Positions 1-12,250 of a stretch of DNA of 35,043 nucleotides are shown here, piece by piece (within the stretch, counting starts at the first letter, position 1; every line of letters starts with the position of its first letter). Under the pieces are notes generated by a model. It did not search any database and had not been told where the DNA came from. It saw nothing but the letters and a program-made list of their open reading frames with translations. The DNA lies in contig MU271276.1 of NCBI GenBank assembly GCA_021432655.1, positions 74,915 through 109,957 of the forward strand, given 5' to 3'. This DNA comes from Atractiella rhizophila. Lineage: Eukaryota. Position numbers and translations under genes: made by a program.

Positions 1-730
1 GAGAGCGATGACGCTGGCATTGGGGATGAGGAGGAGAGTAGGGAGTTGTTGGAGAGAGACCCGAAAGAATGGAAGGTGTGCTTTTATCTTTGGCGTGTCC
101 TTTAGAACCAATGAAGTAATGGTGTCGATGTGTGAAGGACCAAGATCATTACGCTGTTTTGGGATTGAGCAAGTTGAGATATAGAGCCACACCAGAGCAG
201 ATCAAGAAAGCTCGTACGTTCGTCGTCATATTGTACGCTCGCACTGACCTTTCTGATACACAATAGATCGAAAGAAGGTACTCAAGCATCATCCTGACAA
301 GAAAGCTGGCAAAGTAGGAGACGCAAACGACGACTCCTTCTTCAAATGCATCGCCAAAGGTCTGTCCTTCTCGTCTTTTTCTCTCCTCTTCCGCTTGCTC
401 ATCATCCTGAAATGAATAGCGCACGAGGTGCTCTCCGATCCCACCAAGCGCCGTCAATACGACTCTGTCGATCCCGAGATAGACGACGACGACTTCGTAC
501 CTGACGGCACTCCTGATAGCCCTGAAGCCTTCTTCTCCCTCTGGGGACCGTTGTACGAACATGAAGCTCGCTTCTCTCGTTCTCCCGATCCGCCGCTTCT
601 GGGAACGTACGAGTCCCCCAAAGCTGAGGTGGAGGCGTTCTACGACTTTTGGTACAATTTCGATAGTTGGAGGAGCTTTGAGTATCTGGATAAGGAGGTG
701 AATGAGGGGAGCGATAGTAGAGATGAGAAG
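1..730 (+). CDS. ZUO1: Zuotin / DNAJC2 ribosome-associated J-protein (partial: 5' end before the window, 3' end in the N gap)
   Basis: Exons 1-75, 138-213, 267-359, 420-730+ (GT-AG introns) give [90 protein letters not shown]: J-domain with HPD plus zuotin homology domain. Confidence 0.95.
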
Positions 731-1650
731 NNNNNNNNNNNNNNNNNNNNNNNNNNNNNNNNNNNNNNNNNNNNNNNNNNNNNNNNNNNNNNNNNNNNNN
801 NNNNNNNNNNNNNNNNNNNNNNNNNNNNNNNNNNNNNNNNNNNNNNNNNNNNNNNNNNNNNNNNNNNNNNNNNNNNNNNNNNNNNNNNNNNNNNNNNNNN
901 NNNNNNNNNNNNNNNNNNNNNNNNNNNNNNNNNNNNNNNNNNNNNNNNNNNNNNNNNNNNNNNNNNNNNNNNNNNNNNNNNNNNNNNNNNNNNNNNNNNN
1001 NNNNNNNNNNNNNNNNNNNNNNNNNNNNNNNNNNNNNNNNNNNNNNNNNNNNNNNNNNNNNNNNNNNNNNNNNNNNNNNNNNNNNNNNNNNNNNNNNNNN
1101 NNNNNNNNNNNNNNNNNNNNNNNNNNNNNNNNNNNNNNNNNNNNNNNNNNNNNNNNNNNNNNNNNNNNNNNNNNNNNNNNNNNNNNNNNNNNNNNNNNNN
1201 NNNNNNNNNNNNNNNNNNNNNNNNNNNNNNNNNNNNNNNNNNNNNNNNNNNNNNNNNNNNNNNNNNNNNNNNNNNNNNNNNNNNNNNNNNNNNNNNNNNN
1301 NNNNNNNNNNNNNNNNNNNNNNNNNNNNNNNNNNNNNNNNNNNNNNNNNNNNNNNNNNNNNNNNNNNNNNNNNNNNNNNNNNNNNNNNNNNNNNNNNNNN
1401 NNNNNNNNNNNNNNNNNNNNNNNNNNNNNNNNNNNNNNNNNNNNNNNNNNNNNNNNNNNNNNNNNNNNNNNNNNNNNNNNNNNNNNNNNNNNNNNNNNNN
1501 NNNNNNNNNNNNNNNNNNNNNNNNNNNNNNNNNNNNNNNNNNNNNNNNNNNNNNNNNNNNNNNNNNNNNNNNNNNNNNNNNNNNNNNNNNNNNNNNNNNN
1601 NNNNNNNNNNNNNNNNNNNNNNNNNNNNNNNNNNNNNNNNNNNNNNNNNN
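731..1650. other. Assembly gap (920 N)
   Basis: Run of N. Presumably contains the 3' ends of both ZUO1 and the convergent SDR gene. Confidence 1.
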
Positions 1651-2909
1651 AAGGACGCACCTTCAAATCAACACCAGTCACGAATCCATTCCTGACAAAG
1701 AACCCCACAGCGTCAGCGACCTCCTCCGGCTCGCCCAACCTGCCCAAAGGCATAGTAGAAGCGATGGCGCGTCCAATGTCCTCCTTATTCCTTATTGCAA
1801 TATCGATCGCGTTCCCACTCAAAGCTGGGTTCCCGGAGTCAACTCCAACCAGAGTGGATTCTGCTGGCGCAGTCGTCGATTCTGATGCAGGGATTGGGAG
1901 AGGTTGAGGGATCATTCCGCTCACTACCATCGCTGGAGAGACGATGTTCACTGTTATGTTCCACGGGGCGAGGACCTGGATTGACTGAGTTCACCTTACT
2001 CTGGCGGGGTAGGAGATGGGACTGACGGTGGAGAGGTTGAGACCCATGGATGTCATCGCTCCCTGAATAAAGAGTATCACCAACGATCATTCTGTTGGAG
2101 AGAAGGATGGCATACCTTTGTGGACGCGTAATGGCAACCTTGTCATCTATCGTCAGTGGACGAGAGTGGAGCAGACGGGACGGCGGACCGTTGAGCCCTC
2201 CGCCATGAGCTGAGATGCTGGAAATCATCACGATCCTGCCCCAACTCTTCTTTTTCATCAGCGGCACCACTTCTTTCGTGATCTACTCCCTCGTCAGCCT
2301 TTCTTTCCAACGGGAGCAGCAAAGCAAAGGTGGATGTGAACCTGGAAGACGGAGGTGGTGTTAACCCGATGAATGAGCTCAAACTGTTCCAGCGAGATCT
2401 CCTCAATGTTCCTCAGCCTCATTCCCAACCCTGCATTGTTGACCAGCACGTCGATCGCCTCCCTCTTGTGGGCTTCGAGCACCGAAGGCACCAGAGTGGC
2501 GGTTGACTCCGCCGAAGCAAGATCAGCGGCATGGATCGTGAAAGACTGATTGGGATATTGCGACGCGAGCTCTCTTTGCAACACTTCCGCTTTCTCCTGC
2601 ACCGTGAGTTCAGTCATTGATCTGGCACATGGTTGGAGGAAATTTACTTTGCTGGAGGAATAATGCAATGCAATGTCCAATCCGTCCTTGGCAAGAGTTT
2701 TAGAGATCGCTTGTCCCAACCCACCTCTGAATCCAGAGCTGAGCGCCGAACGTTGGAGGATTCAGACGAATGGAACACTGACGATGCTCCGGTGACGAGC
2801 GCAAGGCGTGCTGGATGGGCGGATCAGCAAACTTCGTAATATCGACATAAGGTATGGCGGGAAGGCAACCTTTGATGTTGTTATCTGTCGGCCTCGGTTG
2901 GAACACCAT
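1651..2909 (-). CDS. Classical short-chain dehydrogenase/reductase (FabG-like, 3-oxoacyl-ACP reductase-like); last exon in the gap
   Basis: Spliced: MVFQPRPTDNNIK-ARLALVTGASGGLGQAISKTLA (TGxxxGxG), DVLVNNAG, WGRIVMISSIS, catalytic HYASTK (YxxxK), NITVNIVSP, PLGRLGEPEEVADAV..GFVTGVDLK, then a GTGCGT donor into the gap. Confidence 0.9.
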
Positions 2910-3440
2910 GTTCAGTTTCTGAATGCCCTTCCTGTTGAATACTCCTAAGTGTGCAGGTGTTAAGGGTTGCTCTGGGGTTACTGATGGCGGTGTGTTGATC
3001 GCGATATGGCACCACTGAATTCAAGCAAACGGGAACACCGCATTTCTGGAGCATAACAATTGTAACTAGTAACTAGGCGGGAACACTGGAAACTCATAAA
3101 ACCGCCAACATCCAGGTGCTTTTCCTTTCGCATTGCTTTTTTCTTGTTGTGAGTCTTTCTTCTCCTCTCCCAAAAAAGAGTATCAAAGGCCTAGTCGAAA
3201 GCCATTCATCTCAGGCTAGGCAAGCACAACATGGTTGTCGTCAACTTGAAACCTCATTTAATTCGCCACAAATACTGAGCGGATTTGGTTCTTAAATGGC
3301 AATGCGAGTGCTCTGACAGTACACTATTGAACTGTTTAAGGAGATGCTTAGAGAATGACACGAGAAATGGATATTGACGATTTATCGGGAACAGGTGAAC
3401 AACACTTTCTTTACCCCTTAATATACGTAAGGAGCCAACC

Positions 3441-6400
3441 ATGCTCCTCTCCCTCCTTTCTGCCCTTGCCATCAGCGCCACATCGACGCAGGCTCTGTTC
3501 CTCACTCCCAACCCCAACAACTTCGCCAGCGCGAACCGGAACGGCTACATCGTCGAGCTCGCACAAGACACCAGCACTACCCAGGCGTTGCGTCAAGCCA
3601 CACCTCATAAGCGGTTCTACAACCACCTCGAAGCCAGGGGGAGGAAGTTCAAGGTCAAACACGAATATTCTAATGAGAAATTGTTCCACGGAGCCTCGGT
3701 AGCTTTCGACGAGGACATCACGCCAGAAGAACTCTTGGGACTCGATGGCGTGGTCGGCGTTTGGCCCAATAAGCTGTACACCTCTATGGATTATGAATTG
3801 GAGAAGAACTTGCCGTCCGATTTGAGGAGGAGAGTGGTCGAGAATCCGTTAGAGGGCATCAAGAAGAGAGAAGTGAAGGACCCGCTTGAGGGAATCGTCA
3901 AAACGGCGGCAAAGGCGACCTATCCTCATATTCCCGCTAGCGATTTCAAGGGAGATAAATTCGGACCCCATCAGCAGATTCACGCCAGCGAGCTGCACGA
4001 AAAGGGGATCCTCGGCAAGGGGATCAAAGTTGCTGTCATCGATACGGGTGTCGAGTGAGTTTCCTCCTCCTCCACGTTCGAAGTCCTAAGACCGTGAGAA
4101 CAGTTACTTGCATCCTGCTGTACGCTTTTACTGTCTTTGCTTTGGACTAAGGTATACTTAAGACATACTGCAGCTGGGAGGTGGATTTGGAAAAGGCTAC
4201 AAGGTATCGTTTGGCAGGGACCTTGTGGGAGACAATTACGGTGATGGTTCTGACCCGGTATGCCTTCTCTGCTCCCTACACCATTGCCGTGCTTTCTCAC
4301 GAATTCTCACTAGGTTCCCGACAACGATCCCTACGATACCGTACGCTTTTCTTATTGCATGTCGGACACGTGACGCTGAAGAGGAATGCAGTGCGGTTCC
4401 CACGGCTCTCACGTCTCTGGAATCGTCGCCGCTGATCCTAACCCGTACAATTTCACCGGCGTCGCCCCTCAAGCCGATTTGGGACATTATAGGATCTTCT
4501 CTTGCAAGGGACCTTACACATCCACCGATCTGATTATCCAAGGTTCGTTCTTTTCTCACTCTCTCCAAGTGACCTGAAAATGAGGCTAACGTCTTGATGG
4601 AACAGCCCTTATTAGTGCCTTTCAAGACGGAGCTGACGTGTTCGTTGTGCTTTCTCTCACCACGATTGTCATTTAAGCTGACGACTGACGGATGTCACCT
4701 ACAGCATTACGTTGTCTCTCGGAGGAGTGAGCGGTTGGCAATCCGACCCTGGCTCTGTCGTCGCGGAGCGCATCAACGAGCTCGGACGCATCACCACCAT
4801 CGCAGCCGGGAACGCAGGTAACGAGGGACTTTTCTACGCCTCGTCTCCCGCCGGGGCCCAATCCGTCTGGTCCATCGCCTCCATCGAATCACCTTCGCTC
4901 TATGAGACACTGGCCCACTCAAACACCGGACGTACGATCCCCTATTTCTCCCTCCTCCCCTTCGGTAGCAAGCTTGGCATCTATGCCACTTCGAATCTCG
5001 AATGTCGCCGATGATGGTTGTGCTCCTTTCCAGATTCCTTCTTATGTCAACCTTAACAAGACTGCTGTCATCATAAAGAGAGGCACCTGCTTCATTGATG
5101 ATAAACTCAAAAACGCCGCTGCCGCTGGAGCTAAATTCATCCTAATCGCCAATAACGATGGTGCACCGTTCTATGCCGGGACAAATGCTGCATTGGTTTC
5201 TACCGAGGATGGTGAATTTTTGAGGAAGAGGTTTAGGGAGAACAAGAAGTAGTCTTTTTTAATTGTCTTCCATAAAAGAGGGTGGCTAATATTTGAGCGG
5301 CAGGACAACTGTCGACTTCACTGACACTGCTACCGTCACGGTTGCGAATCCTGGAGCTGGCTACCCTTCGTCTTTCGTACGCTCTACTGCTACTTGTTTC
5401 TATTTTACTGATTGACTGAGATGGTAGACAAACTATGGTCCCACCTTCGATATGCTTCAACAACCTTCATTCGCTGCTCCTGGTGGCCAGATCCTTTCCA
5501 CATACCCGCTCCGTCTCGGTGGATATGCGATCATTTCTGGAACTAGCATGGTTTGTCACGCTTGCTCGCTCGACTGAGAAGGCTAACATGGAGGGAAATC
5601 AGGCTACTCCAGCTGCTGCCGGCGCTGCCGCTCTCTTCCTCTCACAGCGCAAGAAGGAGAACCTCTCTCCCGTCCACATCAGGTCGATCTTCTCTTCCAC
5701 TGCCAACTACCAATATCTCTCTGCCTCCGCCGCCAACGTCATCTCTCCCGTCATCCAATCTGGTAGCGGACTCATCGACGTTTCCAAAGCCGTCAACTCC
5801 AAGATTGTCCTCGAACCTTCCCAGCTCGCGCTGAACGATACAAGGTACTTCAAGGCGAAACACACCATCAAGATCACCAACGTCGGTCTCACCCCAAAGA
5901 CGTACAAGGTCTCGCACAAGGCTGCATCAGCTGTCTTCACCTACAACGAGGACGAGACGGACTACATTTCCACTGCCCCCCAATTCGCAGCCTCGCCCGC
6001 CGCCCAGGTCTCGTTCTCGAAATCTTCCATTACCGTCGCGCCTCTGGTCGATGCCGAGTTGACGGTCACCTTCAAGAAGCCAGCGGTTAACGAACGCTTC
6101 CCCGTCTACTCCGGTCTCATCCTCCTTACTTCCGGATCGGAGGAACTCAAGATCCCCTACTTTGGAGTCGCCAACGAGCTCTACGACGTCCCCATCATCG
6201 ATCACTCTACTGGTGTTGAGAAACAACCTCCACCGCTCCTATGGACGAAGGCGGATCCTGTGAAAGGCGTCGATGCCAATGGAACCACTCAGATTGGCAG
6301 CGAGGTATGCAGAAATTGTTATCCTGAAGTAGATGAGTGCTGAAACTATGTTGCAGACCTACACCTTCAGTGGAACCAGCTACCCTGCCCTTATCTTCAG

Positions 6401-7003
6401 ACTGCTCTGTACGCTTCCTCGCTTCGATCCTGCCTTTTTTATGGCTCATTTGATTATTTTAGTCGGAACCCCCCGTCTCTCCGTCGACCTCGTTCATGCT
6501 AACACGACTTTGTGAGTTTCTACTTCTATCATCATAATATTCGCTGTTTTGACCAGCTCTCGTAGCGTACCGACGATCGAAGATCCCTACAACTCGGAGA
6601 AGACGACCCCCTCCAACGTCCTCCTTAGAACTCGCGCCACGACTCCCTACGACTCTGTTCCCATCGTGGGGAACATCCCATCCCTTTCTGGAGACTACTT
6701 GTCACGCGACTCCTCCACAGGAGATGAACAATTGGTGTGGGATGGAACTATTACCGCTAGTGGGAGCACCGTCAATGCTCCCAATGGAAGCTACAGGCTG
6801 TTGATGCGCGCTCTCAAGATGACTGGAAACCCAAAGGTGTGTATTCATTCTTTTTTGATTGAGATGGGATAAAATTGAAGCGCCTGTGCTTAGATTGAGG
6901 AGGATTATGAGAGCTGGTTGAGCCCCATCGTGCGTATATTTTCTACTTAATTGGGAATGCTCTGATACCGTGGATGGTCCAGGTCACGATCCAACGATCG
7001 TAA
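3441..7003 (+). CDS. Secreted subtilisin-like S8 serine protease (signal peptide, I9-like propeptide, PA domain, Fn3-like C-terminal region); apparent frameshift near 4995
   Basis: Hydrophobic N-terminus MLLSLLSALAISATSTQA. Catalytic Asp in VAVIDTG, His in CGSHGSHVSGIVAA, oxyanion Asn in AAGNAG, Ser in SGTSM|ATP (intron between M and A). PA motif IKRGTCFIDDKLKNAAAAGAK, QSGSGLID, YSGLILL. Many short introns and micro-exons; stop TAA 7001-7003. Confidence 0.9.
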
Positions 7004-8681
7004 CTGTCTTTACTTTTATCTATTACTATCATGTGACATACCCATCAAACCTGCAATTCTGTGCCAACTCTGTCCTTGAAAGATTTCAACTTTGTTCCTT
7101 CTCTTAATACTTTGACTCAGGCGGCATTGTCCGCTCCACTTGTGCGGGAAACCGACGGCGAAAAGCTCAAGGAGGCATGGTGTTTGCTAGCTCATGCATT
7201 CTTTTCCTCCACCTCAACTATCATAGAGGTTCACTACTGGGGCGCTTCACTGCCGTGGTCTGAGGAGTCTCATTAAGCTGGGATCACAACGTGTTCAAGT
7301 GAATTCCAAATGGCGATCGTATCTGCACAACAGTCAAAACTCGTTGTCGAGGTAGTTCATTTATGGCAGATAATACATAATACAAGGCCGAGTGCTATGA
7401 ATGACAATTCAGGCAAGAGCTTTGTCACTCACAGCCACTTTCAGACGAAGAAAATAGCAAACTGTGATTTTTGCTTACTGGGAACTGGTAAACCAGGCCA
7501 AGCGTTGAAACGAAGAGCACCTTTCGGCCTCTTCTACTCTTCTACGCAGAACTTTCAGCACCTTGTTGCAACATTCCATATGCACTGGCGCCCATCATCG
7601 TTCCTGCGTGGTCATTCCAACTGTTGCCGTCCACAACTTCTCCCCGTCTCAACCCATGCTGTCAGAGCACACCAATAGAAAAGGGAACTGAATCAAGCGT
7701 CCGATCGCAAGCGACGATCCCAAAGTGTTCCATCAGGATTCCATGCAAGGAAGAAGTGGTGCATTGCTGGGACCTCGGAGAGCTCAAAAACACGATTCAA
7801 AACGTCCGTTCAACCGCACCGAATGTCCCTGAAACGCCATCTGCCAGCACGACAACTGAAGAGAAACTTCTTGCTGTGTGGCCAGAAATCTTCGTGTCGC
7901 TGCGTGCTGTTGAGGGCATAGTTTGTCCATTTCGACCTGGTTCAGTCACAGGAGATGGAAGGGAGTACCGTGATAGATTGCCTGGTTGTGTTTAAGCGAG
8001 AAGCTCAGGAGATGGTTAATGATAATGTTCTTCCGAGTTCCTCCATGTTCCCACAAAAATCTGGGATTCTGCCATGTGAGCATATGCGAGGGATCGTTGA
8101 GTTCTGCTGTCGATCAACGACAATCTGAGCGAAACTGACGTCTTCACCTGTTCCTCAAATTTAGCCAGCAGCATCAAAGCAGCTTACCCTCGACCATCCA
8201 GAGGCTTTCGATAAGCAGGGAAACAAAGGGATTTCTGCGCAATCCCAACGTCCCGCGCAGAACTTTGTTCGGAGCAATTACAATTGGAACTCCTCGATCG
8301 GAACACACGCAGCACCACCACTACCAAACGACGAAAAAGTCAGCAACTTTTTTTGCTTGTCCATAGCTGGAGATAAAAGGCGTCGAATTAATCTGGGATT
8401 CTGGACTGTTGAGCGTGCTGCACTCTTTTCCGACTGAGGTACGTCCTTTGGGCTAAATTCGATGGTCGGTGTGGAGTTCTGCCTTTGTGTCGCTATCGCA
8501 TGCCTGTCAAGGCTCTGATAACTGTTCGCCTGAGAGCAGATTGCGCAAATCTCTCGAATTCATTAATGAACAAAACGATACTTTGCTGTATACCTTCTCG
8601 CTCGACGCACAGCTAGCTACAACTCCGTTTGCCTACTTGTCAATACTTGGATATCATCACCTTAATCGGATATCGTCAATA

Positions 8682-11600
8682 ATGGACGGAATTGTGAGTT
8701 CGTTTGGTCGTGTCGAGGAAAGAATTGAAATTGAACGTTTCTGTAGAAGGACCCAGAAACCACAATCGATGGTCACGTAGGCGACAGTACGCCGTCGTTG
8801 AACTCTCAATCTAATCCGTTGGGTGTAATGACCGCCATGCGCACCGTTCCACCACCTCACCGTCCCATCCCTGTACGAGCCAAAAGTGAAGATCCTCGAG
8901 CCATGTCTAGAGGAAGCAGTTTCACGTTCAAGACCCAAGCAGAGAACTCAGCTTCCAAGCCCTCTCATGCCCCCGCTCCTCCCCCAGTTCCACCTATTCC
9001 CTCCACATCTTCTGAACAGCAGCCTCTTTCGACAAAGCGAGAAACCGCGGCTGAGGCTTTCGATAAGGCCATTCGACGAATGGAAAACGTTTCGGATAAT
9101 AGCCAAGCATCACAGTTGCATTCGGATGATGAAGCATTCAACACCGTCTACGGTCCGCCAGACCCGTCCACCATCGCTTCTCCCAGTTATGGTACCAACG
9201 TTTTCTCGGCAACCGGTGCCTCGCCCGTATGGAATCCAGGTGCTCGATACACCCTCTCCCCTCCTCCTCGAGGAGGCGCTATATCTCCGTATCAAGGATT
9301 CCTAGGCGGAGCAGACTATCAGACCCTTCCACCGTCACTTTATCCCCACTATGCCTTCCAAGACCCACACTCTCAGCAGATTCCTCACGCTCAACAGCCT
9401 TTTTATCAAGGGGCACCACCCGGTTTCGTCTTGCCCACCTCTCCTCATCTAGGGCCTACGTCACCTGGATCACCGCAAATGGCAGCGGCTTACCAGATGA
9501 GTACGGTCGTCTCACCATCGCCGCATTCATATTATTACCAACCAACTGTTACGAGTCCCTACCTCACTCCACTCAGTCCTTCTCCTCAATCTCCTATGCT
9601 GACTCAACACCATCTCCACAGCGTCCCCTCTCATCGTCCCACTCCTCCGCCCCAACAAGGCAACCCGGGAATGATGATTCCTCACCATCAAGGGTATGGG
9701 ACGCAAGAGCAAATGGCTCGTCCTGGACCAACGAGCGTCTCCCAGGCTAGAGAGGGGTCATCTAATTCCCAAAAACCGTTATCTTCGATTTCACCACCAC
9801 TTCTCCAACATCAACAGCAACCACAGAATCCTATTCATTCATCTTACAACATCTATCAGTCTTATCAACCACTGCATATTCCTCAGGTTACCCCAACTAA
9901 TGTTGTCCAGAACCCGTATCAACCGAATACCATCCATCAACACCAACACCAACAAAATCCAGTCGACTTTCGTTTCAATTCCCAACCTTACCACGCGATA
10001 GGTCGAGCAACGTCTCCACCAGTGCCCGGATCACCCGTCACTTTCCCACCATACCAGATGCTTACCCAGGCACCCTATACCCCGCTCTCCCCTCTCTCCC
10101 CATCGCTGGGACCAGTGCCACTTTCCCCAGGACCAGTGTACCAGCGACAGCCAACGGCGGTGAAGGTAGAAACCGCGCCGTCACATCCGGCTCGCCAGCA
10201 ACCACTTGCAAGGGGTCACCTGGCTCAAGCGAAACTCAGAGGAGCGATCTTCGATTCGGAAACTCCATTAGATGGGGAACTGATCGATAAGAGGAAGATC
10301 CGTTCGGCCCTTCCGAAGCCGCCTTTACATTCTGAGTTTGCAATGTGGGTTGGAAACTTGCGTGCGCAATCAATTCTTTTGTGAATGACTTTCGTTGACG
10401 GACTTTACAGCAAGTGATTCTTCACACACCGAACTGTGGTCATTCTTCACCAGTCGCCCACCCCCTCCAAACCACCCTCTAGTACCAGTAGAGGCATTTC
10501 AGAACGGTTCCAGCGACATGAACCCCTCTGGTGTGGAGAGCATTCATCTCATCTCGCGCTCAAATTGCGCCTTCGTAAATTATATCTCTCCAGCCCATCT
10601 CGAGCAAGGGATTCATAGCTGCCATGGCGTGCCACTGCGAGCGAGGGACCCGAGATGCAAGCCACTCGTTTGTAGGGTGCGAAAGAGAGAGGATGATGCA
10701 AAGAGCGGCGTTGGAGCTCAGAGAGGTTCCGGTTAAGCTTTATTTCTTCTCCCTCTATCAGATGCTAATTCGACGCTTCAGGCATGCATCGACATTGGGT
10801 CGCGGAACGGAAAGCCAGAGGTCTGCCTGTTGAACAAACTTCTGAACAACAGATAGCTACAACTTCAGCTTCTTTGTCCATGGCTCGATCAATAAGTCAG
10901 ACCGCTGGGACTGTAGAGCGGCAGATCACGACGGCTGCAAAACGATCTTCTGGCTCAACCACTCATTCAGGATCAACGGCGTCAACCACTTCCTCTTTTC
11001 TGGGCAGGAATTTCCCCATGCGTTACTTCATTCTGAAGTCTCATACCGAAGATGATCTGCTTCTCTCTGTCAAGAGGGGGAAATGGGCTACACAATCTCA
11101 CGTGCGTCCTTTACATGCATGTCTGCTGGATCACTACTGACTGGGGAGAGGCGGCTTAGAACGAGGTTGTCTTAGACCAGGCGTTTCGGACTTCGAAAGT
11201 TGTTTACTTGATCTTTGGTGCCAGTACGTTAATTAACATTGGATCTTGATGAAGGCTCAGTTTTACCATTATAGATAAAAGTGGAGAATTCTTCGGATAC
11301 GCTCGAATGACTTCTCCCATCCTTGCTGGTCAGAATCGAATGTCATGGACGGTACGAGGTGACGAGAACACAAGTAGCGTTCGAAGCAGCGCTATCCCAG
11401 AAGACAGCGCACAGGATTTCACGTCTCCTCCACTCTTACTCTCTCCGTCCGAACATCGACCACCAAATACCTCTCCAGGAGTTATCACTCCCCAAGTTAC
11501 CCCTTCCGGGATACCCAACGTTAATCCAGCCTCCATTCCTGCATTCCGTCAGTCAGAACCGCTTCCTCCAAAAGCTGCACCAGAGTCGGGAACGGATCAA

Positions 11601-12195
11601 CGCTCCTCAACAGCTCCGGATTATTTTGATCGCCCCACGTTGGAGCGTTCTTTGTCAGATACCCAAGCGCCGCTACCAACCTCTTCTCTCTCGACTTCGA
11701 GCGAATCGAAGCCTACGCCAACGGCAGTGGAGGCGAAGGAGCTGTGGAATCCTGCTCTTCCGGCGGAAGAACGAAATGCCAAGTTGGAGAACATCGACGA
11801 GGAAGTGACAGAGCTTGGGAAGAAACTGGATAAGGCTTGGGGCAGGCCTTTTGACGTCGAATGGCTCAAAGTGTATGATTTGCAGCTCTCTGATGAAGGG
11901 GCGAGACTGAAGCTAATGCAGGGAACGACTACCGTTTAATCGAACACGACATTTGAGAAACCCATGGAATGGCTCTGGCAGAGAAGTCAAAATATCCCGA
12001 GACGGAACAGAGCTGGAGCCTGGCGTGGGAGAGGCGCTACTAAGAGAATTCGATAAGGTCGGTCTCGGTTACCCCTCTCCGCCAGCGCAAGGATTCCAAG
12101 CGATCTCTTCGATGGGATATCCGCATCGTCCGCCTATGCCGAGTGGTCTACCTCTCTCCATAGGCTCCCCACCTTTTTCACCGTCTTTATCTTGA
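8682..12195 (+). CDS. RNA-binding protein: P/Q/Y/S-rich N-terminus, RRM, and YTH (YT521-B/YTHDC-like) domain
   Basis: ATG 8682, intron 8694-8746, then in frame with ORF 8798-10384. RRM: MWVGNL-P..GVESIHLISRSNCAFVNY. YTH: RYFILKS..WATQSH-NEVVLDQAF..VYLIF..SGEFFGYARM..WGRPFDVEW..LRNPWNGSGREVKISRDGTELEP. Confidence 0.88.
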
Positions 12196-12250
12196 ATTTA
12201 TTTGCTCATGTTTTTGGACTTGTCGTAGATTTATCTAGGAGTATTTGCTT

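Noticed and set aside
149..1951. 400-600 aa ORFs spanning the N run
   Set aside because: Artefacts of translating through the gap; they join pieces of ZUO1 and the SDR gene.
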